Source: Alphaproteobacteria bacterium (GTDB taxonomy: Bacteria > Pseudomonadota > Alphaproteobacteria > Rs-D84). From it: a DNA stretch of 42,621 nucleotides. Positions 1-9,200 of this stretch are shown one piece after another. Position 1 is the first letter of the stretch. Every line of letters begins with the position of its first letter. The notes under the pieces are model-generated. The model saw only the letters and a list, made by a program, of their open reading frames with translations, did no database searches and had not been told where the DNA came from. Location of the stretch: the NCBI GenBank assembly GCA_017513285.1, contig JAFXGD010000033.1, forward strand, positions 1-42,621, read 5' to 3'. The position numbers and the translations under genes are program-made.

Positions 1-226
1 CGCCCACCGGTGTATTTTGCCAATCCAACGGTGTATCGGCATTGGGGATGATTTCCAATTCGATTTCTTTGGCCAATATATTTTCTGTTGGTTCTTCTTG
101 TTTGTTTCCCAACAGCAAAAACATCAGTATCAGCACAACAATAAAAGCAATTGCCAACAACAGCCATTGAACCTGTTTTGGTGTATTTTTTTTGAAATCC
201 GCTAATTGTTGTTTAAAGTTACTCAT
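1..226 (-). CDS. Partial (runs off window) bitopic membrane protein, probable VirB10/TrbI of the T4SS cluster
   Basis: Not in ORF track. ATG at 226-224 preceded by GGGAGA; reads MSNFKQQLADFKKNTPKQVQWLLLAIAFIVVLILMFLLLGNKQEEPTEN... open to base 1. One N-terminal TM helix, directly downstream of virB8-virB9. VirB10 identity rests on synteny and topology only. Confidence 0.55.
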   Translation of the reverse strand, partial: MSNFKQQLADFKKNTPKQVQWLLLAIAFIVVLILMFLLLGNKQEEPTENILAKEIELEIIPNADTPLDWQNTPVG

Positions 227-269
227 TCTCCCAACCCCGACTGGTAAAAATTACATGTATGCGTATAAA

Positions 270-1835
270 TTATTGTATACGCACAACGTTGCACGGTGCA
301 TCTCCACCGGTTTGCTTAATCAATTTATTGCACAACGTCTGCGCTTCATCGATTGTGGCAATTGGCCCGATACGCAATCTGTATAAACTTGCAGTAGATG
401 CACCTTCACCCAAATCGCCGACGCCTTGTGCGTCAATTGCATAGAATACTTTATCTTCATATGGGTCTAACAGGCCACGTGCATCGGTTCCCGAAAAGCG
501 CGCCAATAAATTTGCCCAATATTTTTCCAATGCATCTGTTGATGTGTCCGAATATAATTCGACGGCGACGCCGCTTTGGTTGCTGGCGATTACCGGTATA
601 TTATTCTGTGGCAGGTATGCGCCGGCGGTATTGCGTTCTTGGGGCAACATGTTAATTACACTGCCCGAACCATTGGTTGGCATTTGGGCCGGTATTTGTG
701 TTGGCATACCGTATCCGGCGGGCATATAGTATCCTGCCCCTGTCATTGGATTAACGGTTGCTTGATTGCCCATAAATACGGGTGTCCCGGTATAGCCGGC
801 GCCCATGCTCATTGCGGCCATGCTGTCTGTATATGCGATATTGTTTAACGATTGTCCCGACAGCATGCTTTGTGCGACATTTGCTTCGGCCAACGCCATA
901 ACCGATGCGGTATCTGCGATTAAGAATGGTTTTTCACGTTTTTTGATACATACAATTCTTTGACCGCTGCGCAAAACCATATCGCCAACGGCTTCGACGA
1001 TTAACAGTCGGCCGTCTTCACCATCTGTACGAAAACCGACGGGGGATTCGCCACCTTCGACCAACAAAGATACAACGGGTCTTTGTGTCATAGAAATAAC
1101 TTTATCCCCAAAGTCGATATATGTAAATATGCGGTCACGCCAAACACGTTCCGGCGCAATTACATAGTCGTCCGGATTTGGAACATAAATATCCAAATCA
1201 AAGCGGAATTCAGACGGATCAATTTTCATTGATTTAATCCAACCGTAATCTTCACCATCGACACCAACTGTAACGGGGCCACTGGATTTCTTTGTAAAGA
1301 TAGAACCTGCACCACCGCCGGCCTTGGTGGCGGCACCTGCGCCTGCGATTGCGGGGGCGCCCCTGTCCAACACCACATCTACCTGAGAGTATGTAATTTC
1401 ACTGGCGTTGGCGGGTTCAGCCCTTAAATAAAAGATATATCGGTTACCAGAATTACCTGTAACAATCATATTTGTGTCCGAACCAAAGTTATCTACGGCC
1501 GGACTGATGAACATGGTTTTGTCGCCTTGGGTTGCGTCAACGACAAATTGACTCTGGTCACCAATTTGAATGTCGGCAATTTGTTCGCCCATTGGCAAAT
1601 TAACCATTGTTAACATTCCATTTCGTAATTTAATTGGTAATACCGCCCCCTGTGACCACGACAGTTGGGCGTATCCTGGCTTAATACTGCCACTGGCCAT
1701 ATTGGCGGTTGGGTTGTCCCATGCGTATTGCACACCATTGAAACTGTCGGTGTTTGCATTGACAGACACGCATGTCAATATGCCTGCAACAGCCACTGCA
1801 TAAACGTTGCCTTTAAATACTTTTGCCCAATTCAT
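270..1835 (-). CDS. virB9: VirB9/TrbG-family T4SS outer-membrane core protein with C-terminal SPOR-like domain
   Basis: Signal peptide; VirB9-type segments (TMVNLPMGEQI, TNMIVTGNSGNRYIFYL, IAPERVWRDRIFTYIDF, VGFRTDG..LLIVEAVGDMVLRSGQRIVCI); Met/Gly/Pro-rich linker; C-terminal YRLRIGPIATIDEAQTLCNKL..C matching the SPOR pattern; AAGGA RBS. Confidence 0.8.
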   Translation of the reverse strand: MNWAKVFKGNVYAVAVAGILTCVSVNANTDSFNGVQYAWDNPTANMASGSIKPGYAQLSWSQGAVLPIKLRNGMLTMVNLPMGEQIADIQIGDQSQFVVDATQGDKTMFISPAVDNFGSDTNMIVTGNSGNRYIFYLRAEPANASEITYSQVDVVLDRGAPAIAGAGAATKAGGGAGSIFTKKSSGPVTVGVDGEDYGWIKSMKIDPSEFRFDLDIYVPNPDDYVIAPERVWRDRIFTYIDFGDKVISMTQRPVVSLLVEGGESPVGFRTDGEDGRLLIVEAVGDMVLRSGQRIVCIKKREKPFLIADTASVMALAEANVAQSMLSGQSLNNIAYTDSMAAMSMGAGYTGTPVFMGNQATVNPMTGAGYYMPAGYGMPTQIPAQMPTNGSGSVINMLPQERNTAGAYLPQNNIPVIASNQSGVAVELYSDTSTDALEKYWANLLARFSGTDARGLLDPYEDKVFYAIDAQGVGDLGEGASTASLYRLRIGPIATIDEAQTLCNKLIKQTGGDAPCNVVRIQ

Positions 1836-1877
1836 CTTGTCCTTCCTGTTTCTTATGTCTGTGTTATAGCACTATTT

Positions 1878-2546
1878 TTATTCCATGTCCAGTGGATCTG
1901 TCCCGCCTTCTACAACTTTGTATTGAACCACCTTTAACCCCAGTGGGTTTTCCAATCTGTTTTTCCATTTTACAGTTGTGTTGTCTGTTGCGATATCTAT
2001 ATGCAGTTTGTATGGTGTGTTGGTTGTTTGGCCAAAGCGGTCTGTACAAACATTTTCAATGGCGACCTGATATCTTTCTTGGTTTTTGGCTTTGATGTCC
2101 ATGGTTAACTGCTGTACAGATAATATTTTAACAACGCATGTTTTTTCCGGGGTTTTATTGCCCATATATTTTCTGAATGCACTGGTTTTAGAGAAGGCAT
2201 TATACACCTTGTCGTCGGACCACATACGTATTGCGCCATTGTCGGAATTCCACTTTTTCTCCATTGCGTTTTTATTTTGATATATTTCGTTTCTGTGTTG
2301 AATATACTCACGCACAAAGGCATTTTTATAATCACTCAACATTGTGTCTGTTTTTGGGATATTGTTTGTCACCATGATATCTTCGTTGGTGCGATTTTTC
2401 ATTTGCAGAAAGAAAATCTGTGGTCTGTTCAATGGAAACATATTGTACACAGTCACCACCAAAATCCCCAGTGTTACCAACAATCCTGCCAAAACAAAAG
2501 TGGTAATTTTGGTCTGTAAAACATTGGGTTCTGTGCGTGTTGTCAC
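1878..2546 (-). CDS. virB8: VirB8-family T4SS inner-membrane protein
   Basis: Single N-terminal TM helix, FVREYIQHRNEIY helix and hallmark NPLGLKV near the C-terminus. Start re-called at GTG 2546 (AGGAGAGG RBS) rather than 2600. Confidence 0.8.
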   Translation of the reverse strand: MTTRTEPNVLQTKITTFVLAGLLVTLGILVVTVYNMFPLNRPQIFFLQMKNRTNEDIMVTNNIPKTDTMLSDYKNAFVREYIQHRNEIYQNKNAMEKKWNSDNGAIRMWSDDKVYNAFSKTSAFRKYMGNKTPEKTCVVKILSVQQLTMDIKAKNQERYQVAIENVCTDRFGQTTNTPYKLHIDIATDNTTVKWKNRLENPLGLKVVQYKVVEGGTDPLDME

Positions 2547-2570
2547 GGTGCCTCTCCTTCTAATAAAATG

Positions 2571-2600
2571 ATTGTAGAAAAAAATGCGCCCCCTGTGCAA
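2571..2600 (-). promoter_or_regulatory. Putative sigma70 promoter of the virB8-virB9-virB10 unit
   Basis: TTGCAC-18nt-TACAAT on the minus strand upstream of the virB8 RBS. Confidence 0.5.
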
Positions 2601-2652
2601 GGAAAAATTTGTAATATCATGTATGTTTGTGTGTATTGAATTTAAAATGTTC

Positions 2653-2717
2653 TTGCAAGGGAATGTGAAAAATATTATAATATTTCCGCTTGATTTTTTG
2701 TATTGTTGTGCTATCCT
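2653..2717 (+). promoter_or_regulatory. Tandem putative sigma70 promoters for tRNA-Trp-secE-nusG
   Basis: TTGCAA-17nt-TATAAT (2653-2681) and TTGATT-16nt-TATCCT (2690-2717). Confidence 0.55.
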
Positions 2718-2772
2718 GTCGCAGACTGTGGTATCGGCAATCGGTGCAAAAAACGGGTGTTTTTAGTGTGTT

Positions 2773-2846
2773 AGGGGCATAGTTCAACGGTAGAATATCG
2801 GTCTCCAAAACCGCGGATGAGGGTTCGATTCCTTCTGCCCCTGCCA
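2773..2846 (+). tRNA. trnW: tRNA-Trp (anticodon CCA), encoded 3' CCA
   Basis: Cloverleaf AGGGGCA/TGCCCCT, D arm GTTC/GAAT, anticodon arm TCGGT-CTCCAAA-ACCGC, T arm GAGGG-TTCGATT-CCTTC, discriminator G then CCA; canonical position before secE. Confidence 0.98.
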
Positions 2847-2909
2847 AATTTTTTGCATGTGTCTGGTACGGTGGTTGTGGTTAATTTACGTAAATAACGG
2901 GCAATTTTT

Positions 2910-3089
2910 ATGAAGAAAATGCTGGATTTTTTAAAGTCTGTTCGCAGTGAATGGTTTAAAATTGTATGGCCATCACGTGACAGTGTCATTCGTGCAACAA
3001 TTATGATATTGGTATTTTCGGGGCTGGCCGCATTGTTTTTCTTTGTGGTGGACAGTATTCTGAACGCAATTGTTGGTTGGGTTTTCTAA
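2910..3089 (+). CDS. secE: Preprotein translocase subunit SecE (59 aa)
   Basis: Not in ORF track. MKKMLDFLKSVRSEWFKIVWPSRDSVIRATIMILVF...; ExxKIxWP motif plus one TM helix; between tRNA-Trp and nusG. Confidence 0.95.
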   Translation: MKKMLDFLKSVRSEWFKIVWPSRDSVIRATIMILVFSGLAALFFFVVDSILNAIVGWVF

Positions 3090-3110
3090 TACAGGCAAAG
3101 GAAGCATAAA

Positions 3111-3644
3111 ATGGAAGAGAAGATGCAGTGGTTTGTTGTTAACGTTCACACAAGTTGCGAAGACAAAGTTGCGCGTGGTCTGCGTGAACAGATTGATAAG
3201 CGTCGTTTAAATGCATATTTTGGTGAAATTCTGGTTCCTACACGTGAAGTGACCGAAATCAAGGCGGGTAAACGTGTAAAAAGCGAAAAGAAATTTTTCC
3301 CCGGCTATATTGTTGTTCAAATGGTTATGAATAACGAAACATTTACTTTGGTTAAACAGATTCCTCAGGTTGTAATGTTTTTGGGTGCGAAAAACAAACC
3401 GATTGCGGTCAGTGAAGAAGAAGCGCGCCGTCTGTTAAAGCAGGTGGAAGAGGGTGCCGTTGTCATGGATGATGTTGAATACGAAGTCGGGCAAGAAGTG
3501 CATGTTATCGATGGGCCGTTTGCGGGCTTTAATGGTGTTGCATCCGAAGTTGATAATGTAAAACAAAAAATGACTGTGACGGTTCTGGTCTTTGGTCGTG
3601 AAACCAGTATGGACTTGGAATTTAGTCAGGTTGAACGGGTATAA
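3111..3644 (+). CDS. nusG: Transcription termination/antitermination factor NusG
   Basis: WFVVNVH, KFFPGYIVV, KOW motif VIDGPFAGFNG, VFGRET. Confidence 0.98.
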   Translation: MEEKMQWFVVNVHTSCEDKVARGLREQIDKRRLNAYFGEILVPTREVTEIKAGKRVKSEKKFFPGYIVVQMVMNNETFTLVKQIPQVVMFLGAKNKPIAVSEEEARRLLKQVEEGAVVMDDVEYEVGQEVHVIDGPFAGFNGVASEVDNVKQKMTVTVLVFGRETSMDLEFSQVERV

Positions 3645-3703
3645 CCGGTAACGAAAAGATTTTTGTGGTTTTCTGAAAAATATCATGTAAAATCACAGCA
3701 AAC

Positions 3704-3731
3704 CGTGGTAGATACGCCATATCGTACCACG
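3704..3731 (+). promoter_or_regulatory. L1-binding autoregulatory leader of rplK-rplA
   Basis: CGTGGTAGATA-CGCCA-TATCGTACCACG stem with an asymmetric internal loop, in the expected position before rplK. Confidence 0.6.
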
Positions 3732-3758
3732 ACACAAACGAAAAAAACGGAGTGAAAA

Positions 3759-4190
3759 ATGGCAAAGAAAGAAGTAAAGGGATTGGTCAAATTGGTCGTC
3801 CCTGCAAAACAGGCTAATCCTGCGCCTCCTATTGGGCCGGCGTTGGGTGCTGCTGGTGTAAACATCGCAGAATTCTGCAAACAGTTTAACGACAAAACGG
3901 CTGATAAAGAACCTGGGATGCCAATTCCATGTATTATCACTGTTTATACAGATCGCAGTTTCGAATTTATCATGAAATTGCCACCTGTGTCGTACTATAT
4001 TAAAAAGGCCTTGAAATTAAAAATCGGTTCACACAAACCGGGTCGTGATTTTGTTGGTACATTGTCTTTGGCACAGTTGAAAGAAATTGCCGAAGCCAAA
4101 ATGCCGGACTTGAATTGCTCTTCCGTTGAATCTGCTATGAACATTGTTGCGGGTCAATGTCGTTCTATGGGCGTAAAGGTAGAGGGGTAA
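3759..4190 (+). CDS. rplK: 50S ribosomal protein L11
   Basis: [28 protein letters not shown]. Confidence 0.99.
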   Translation: MAKKEVKGLVKLVVPAKQANPAPPIGPALGAAGVNIAEFCKQFNDKTADKEPGMPIPCIITVYTDRSFEFIMKLPPVSYYIKKALKLKIGSHKPGRDFVGTLSLAQLKEIAEAKMPDLNCSSVESAMNIVAGQCRSMGVKVEG

Positions 4191-4194
4191 TATC

Positions 4195-4869
4195 ATGAAA
4201 TTGACTAAAAAACAGCAGACTTGGAAAAATTTGGATTCCGACAAAGTTTATTCTTTGGCCGAAGCAATCGATGCATTGCGTGAATATACATCCAAGAAAT
4301 TTGATGAAACATTGGAAATCGCTATCCGTTTGGGTATTGATGTAACCAAAGCGGACCAGAACATTCGTGGTATGTTGTCTTTGCCAAATGGCACAGGTAA
4401 AACTGTACGTGTTGCTGTATTTACTGCCAACGCACAAGACGAAGCCAAGAAAGCGGGCGCAGACGTTGTTGGTGGCGAAGAATTGATTGATTCTGTGGCT
4501 GCCGGTAATATCAATTTTGATCGCGTTATTGCGACACCTGATATGATGCCAAAAATGTCAAAAATCGCACGTGTTTTGGGACCAAAAGGTTTAATGCCGA
4601 ACCCAAAATTGGGTACCGTTACAAACAACGTTGCGGATGCGGTTGCAAATGCCAAAGCGGGTCAGATTGAATACCGTGCTGAAAAGAAGGGTATCATCCA
4701 CGCAGGCATTGGTAAAATGTCATTTACAACAGAAAAATTGGTTGAAAATGCGAATGCTTTGATTGACCAATTGAAAAAGGTAAAACCATCTACATCCAAA
4801 GGCCAATATATCTTGGGCATTTCGGTTGCTACAACCCAAGGCCCTGGCTTGAAAGTAGATGCAAAATAA
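4195..4869 (+). CDS. rplA: 50S ribosomal protein L1
   Basis: KFDETLE, LPNGTGK, LGPKGLMPNPKLGTVT. Confidence 0.99.
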   Translation: MKLTKKQQTWKNLDSDKVYSLAEAIDALREYTSKKFDETLEIAIRLGIDVTKADQNIRGMLSLPNGTGKTVRVAVFTANAQDEAKKAGADVVGGEELIDSVAAGNINFDRVIATPDMMPKMSKIARVLGPKGLMPNPKLGTVTNNVADAVANAKAGQIEYRAEKKGIIHAGIGKMSFTTEKLVENANALIDQLKKVKPSTSKGQYILGISVATTQGPGLKVDAK

Positions 4870-4906
4870 TTAAATGCGATTGGGTTTTTGCCCAATCGCA
4901 AAACAG

Positions 4907-5016
4907 ATTTCTGTCCAAGACTGATGGTGTTTGCAAAAACTTAATTCCCATCATAGACAAAGAAAAAATTCTTTGGGGCAGGAACATCAGCCCCATCCCA
5001 GAGCAATCTGGATGGA
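4907..5016 (+). promoter_or_regulatory. L10 leader (rplJ-rplL autoregulatory RNA)
   Basis: CTGTCCAAGACTGATGG...CTTAA..CCATCATAGAC core typical of L10 leaders, followed by overlapping hairpins TGGGGC/GCCCCA and CCATC-CAGA-GCAA-TCTG-GATGG. A perfect 10-bp hairpin at 4875-4900 precedes it. Confidence 0.75.
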
Positions 5017-5051
5017 AAGTTAACAAAACAGAAGCTTGAAGGAAAAAACAG

Positions 5052-5531
5052 ATGAAACGCGAAGAAAAATCGGATCTGATTTCAGCGTTACAGTCGTCCC
5101 TGAAAGAAGCAAACGGTGTTTTCGTTGTTGAAAACCATGGTTTGACGGTAAAAGAATTCGAAGAATTGCGCAATGAATTGCGTCCAATGGTTTCGTTATT
5201 CAAAGTTGTCAAAAACCGTTTGATGAAGTTGGCATTAAAAGACACCAACTTTGAACCTGTGTCTGAATTTATGAAACGCCCAACGGCGGTTGCGGTTGCA
5301 ACAGATGGTTTGGCGGTTACAAAAGTTTTGGCAAAATTTGCCGAAGCACACCCAAATTTAACAATTTTGGGCGGTAAAATGGACGCAGACGTTCTGGATG
5401 CGAACGGCGTATTGCAATTATCCAAGCTTCCTTCCCTGTTGGAAATCCGTGGCACAATTGCGCGTATCTTGGTCGAACCTGCATCGCGCTTGGCACGTGT
5501 ATCGGCAGAGTATGGAAAAAAAGAACAATAA
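5052..5531 (+). CDS. rplJ: 50S ribosomal protein L10
   Basis: MKREEK, GLTVKEFEELR, VVKNRLMKLAL, LSKLPS. Confidence 0.98.
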   Translation: MKREEKSDLISALQSSLKEANGVFVVENHGLTVKEFEELRNELRPMVSLFKVVKNRLMKLALKDTNFEPVSEFMKRPTAVAVATDGLAVTKVLAKFAEAHPNLTILGGKMDADVLDANGVLQLSKLPSLLEIRGTIARILVEPASRLARVSAEYGKKEQ

Positions 5532-5579
5532 AATCAGAATATTTTATTCTGACCTAAAACAAAAATTAGGAGTAAAAAA

Positions 5580-5945
5580 ATGGCAGACATTCAAAAATTA
5601 GTTGAAGAATTGTCAAAATTAAGCGTTTTGGAAGCAGTTGAACTGTCCAAAGCATTGGAAGAAACATGGGGCGTCAGTGCCGCTGCTGCTGTTGCAGTTG
5701 CTGCCGGTCCTGTTGCTGCTGCTGCAGAAGAAAAAACAGAATTTGATGTTATCTTGGCAGAAGCGGGTGCAAACAAATTGGCTGTTATCAAAGCTGTAAA
5801 AGACATCACTGGTTTGGGCTTGGGCGAAGCAAAAGCTTTGGTCGAATCCGCACCAAAGGCTGTCAAAGAAGGTGTTGCAAAAGACGAAGCAGAAAAGTTG
5901 AAAGCAACATTAGAAGCAGCAGGTGCCAAAGTCGAAATGAAATAA
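5580..5945 (+). CDS. rplL: 50S ribosomal protein L7/L12
   Basis: WGVSAAA hinge, [22 protein letters not shown]. Confidence 0.99.
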   Translation: MADIQKLVEELSKLSVLEAVELSKALEETWGVSAAAAVAVAAGPVAAAAEEKTEFDVILAEAGANKLAVIKAVKDITGLGLGEAKALVESAPKAVKEGVAKDEAEKLKATLEAAGAKVEMK

Positions 5946-5951
5946 TTCATA

Positions 5952-6198
5952 TCGACAGGACCGCTTGGTTCTGAAAAAAATCTGTCGTACAACCGTGCGA
6001 CAAAACGCCGCCCGTGTGGGAATTTTCCCATGCGGGCACACAGGCGTAAAAGACGTATGTCAAAATATACACAAGACAACAGCTGGGCAAAAAGGAGATT
6101 GTTAGATAAATTGTGGTCAGATAATCGAATAAAAATTATCCGACATTTTTGATAAAATAAAATCGCAATTTATTTAAGAATTTTCTTTTTGCCCCGCT
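5952..6198 (+). promoter_or_regulatory. Highly structured rplL-rpoB intercistronic RNA
   Basis: Hairpins CGACAG/CTGTCG and GCCCGTGTGGGAA/TTCCCATGCGGGC, plus a ~33-bp G.U-rich stem 6085-6117/6162-6194. Confidence 0.6.
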
Positions 6199-6236
6199 TC
6201 GTTTGCAAAACACACAGAAAAAAAGGATTAAAACCG

Positions 6237-9200
6237 ATGGCAGTTATCCAGAAACTTAGAAAATCTTTTGGTAAAAGTTTTTTGCAAACTCCGCTTCCTG
6301 ATTTGGTTGAAATTCAATACAATTCGTATAAGGATTTCTTGCAGGCAGATGTTGACCCACAATCCCGCAAAAATATGGGATTGCAAAATGTATTCTCTTC
6401 TATGTTCCCAATCAAAGACTATGCCGGCATTGCCGACTTGGAATTTGTGGAATATACACTGGACAAACCTGTTTACAATGTAAAAGAATGCATGTTGCGC
6501 AACATGACATATTCCAGCAAGTTAAAATTGAAGCTGAGATTGATTTTATGGGATGTCGCCGAAGACGGCAAAAAGACTTTGCGTGACATCAAAGAACAAG
6601 AAATATTCATGGGCGAAGTGCCATTGATGACAGAACGTGGCAGCTTTATCGCATCGGGTGTTGAACGTGTTATTGTATCTCAGATGCATCGTGCCCAAGG
6701 TGTGGTTTTTGCAACAACCAAAGAAGCAAAAGTTGCGGGTAATCCGGTTACATATACGGCACGCATTATTCCCGAACATGGTTCATGGATTGACTTTGAA
6801 GAATCCAAAGGTGTTATTTATGTTCGTATCGACCGCCGCCGTAAAGTTCCTGCGACGGTTTTGTTGCGTTGCTTGCCATGCGCCGAAGATGAAAAGAAAT
6901 GGTTGGCTGATCCACGCAAACCGACAATTTGTGGTATGTCCGACACGGAAATTCTGTCGGCATTCTATAACCGCATTCCATTAAAGTTTGATGGTAAATT
7001 GTGGGTTGGCGAAACGCAATCTTTTGCGGGATTGGATAAATATCGTTTGAATTATGATTTGATTAATCCAAAAGACAAAAAAATCATTGCATCCAAAGGC
7101 GACCGTTTGAACGCCAAACGCATGAAGAAATTGTTGGAAACCAAATCATTCGGTATCATGCCGGAATCTTTGGTTGGTGAATATCTGTTTGACCCAATTA
7201 TGAATGGCGACGAAGTTGTAATGCCTGCGGGTACAGAAATCACCGAAGAAGTTTTGAACGATTTGGATAAAATGAATGTCAAAGAAATCAGTTTGATTTC
7301 CATCGACAACGCCACGGTCAGTGCGCACATGCGCAACACGTTATTGGCGGACAAAACAACCAATCGTGAAGAAGCATTGATTGAAATCTATAACATTATC
7401 CGTCCGGGCGAACGCCCAACATTAGAAGCGGCAATCAATCTGTTTATGCGCCAAGGTTTTGAACCTGCATACTATGATTTATCTGCGGTTGGTCGTTTCA
7501 AGATGAACAAACGTTTAAAGATAGATTCCGGTAAAAAGCCAGAAGACGAACGTTTGTTGACCAAATCTGACTTTTTGGCGGTATTAAAGACTTTGACAAA
7601 CATTATCGACCGCAAAGATACGGTTGATGATATTGACAACCTGTCAAATCGTCGTGTCCGCACAGTTGGTGAATTGTTGGAACAAAACTTCCGCACAGGT
7701 ATGGTTCGTATTGAACGCTTGGTTCGTGAAAGTTTGACATCTCCAAACATTGCGAATATGCAACCCCAAGACGTTATTAATGTTAAACCATTGATGTCAT
7801 TGGTATCGGAATTTTTGGGTACATCGCAATTGTCACAATTTATGGATGCATATAATCCATTGTCTGAATTGGAACACAAACGTCGTATTTCTGCATTGGG
7901 GCCTGGCGGTTTGAATCGTGAACGTGCCGGCATTGATGTACGTGACGTTCATCCGACGCACTATGGTCGTTTATGCCCAATTCACACCCCCGAAGGTGCA
8001 AACATTGGTTTGATTAACCATTTGTCTGCATATGCACGTGTCAATCCATATGGGTTTATTGAAACACCATATTATGTTGTTGAAAACAGTCGTGTAACAG
8101 ACAAAATGGTATATTTGACGGCGGACGAAGAATTGGGTCACAAAATCGCCCAAGGTAACACCCCAACAAACAAAGACGGTGCATTGGCCGAAGATATGGT
8201 TACGGCCCGTGTTGATGGTGAATTTACCATGGTTGCCAAAGAAGAAGTTGACTTAATTGACGTTGAACCACGTCAGGTGGTATCCATTGCAACCGGCTTG
8301 ATTCCATTCGTTGAAAACGACGACGCAAACCGTGCTTTGATGGGTTCGAACATGCAGCGTCAGGCCGTTCCATTATTACGTGTTCAGGCACCATTGGTTG
8401 GTACCGGCATTGAACGTGAAGTTGCACGTGATTCCCGCACCGGTAAAGTTGCAAAGCACAGCGGTGTTGTTGAATCTGTTGATGCGAACCGTATTGTGGT
8501 TAAATGTATGAACAGCCGCAACGTTGTGACGGGTGTGGATATCTATAACCTGGAAAAATTCGAACGTTCGAACAGTGAAACAATCATTCACCAAAAACCG
8601 TTGGTCAAAGTTGGCGACCGTATTTCTGCGGGCGACATCATTGCGGACGGTTCATCTATGAATTATGGTGAATTGGCATTGGGTCGCAACGTATTGGTTG
8701 CCTTTATGCCATGGCGTGGATATAACTATGAAGACTCTATTGTTATTTCCGAACGCATTTCACGTGACGACGTCTTTACATCTGTAAAAATCGTTGAAAA
8801 AGAATTCAAAGTACGTGATACCCAATTGGGGCCTGAATCTTTGACACGTGACATACCGAACGTTGGTGAAGAAGCGTTAAAGAATCTGGACGAATCCGGT
8901 ATTATTTACGTTGGCGCCCGTGTGAAACATGGTGACATTTTGGTTGGTCGTGTGACACCAAAATCTGAAACTTTGTTAACCCCAGAAGAAGCGTTATTAC
9001 GCAACATCTTTGGTGAAAAGGCATTAAACGTAAAAGACACATCTTTGCGTGTTGGTCCAAACGAAGAAGGTACAGTTATTGGCGTTAACGTTCTGACCCG
9101 TCATGGTGTCAAGAAAGACGAACGTACCCAGATGATTGAACTGCAAAAAATCGAACAGATTAACAAAGATCGTGAAGCCGAAGTTGCAATTATAGAAAAA

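Noticed and set aside
1-2846. T4SS next to a tRNA as an integrative conjugative element
   Set aside because: The genes lie at the tRNA 5' side, with no integrase or duplicated tRNA 3' end visible and host-like composition; only part of the cluster is in view.
6189-6236. Upstream extensions given by the ORF track for rpoB, and likewise virB8, the kinase, lpxD, efp, hemW and the barrel protein
   Set aside because: They run through promoters, hairpins or neighbouring genes; downstream starts have an RBS or -10 box and match family N-termini.
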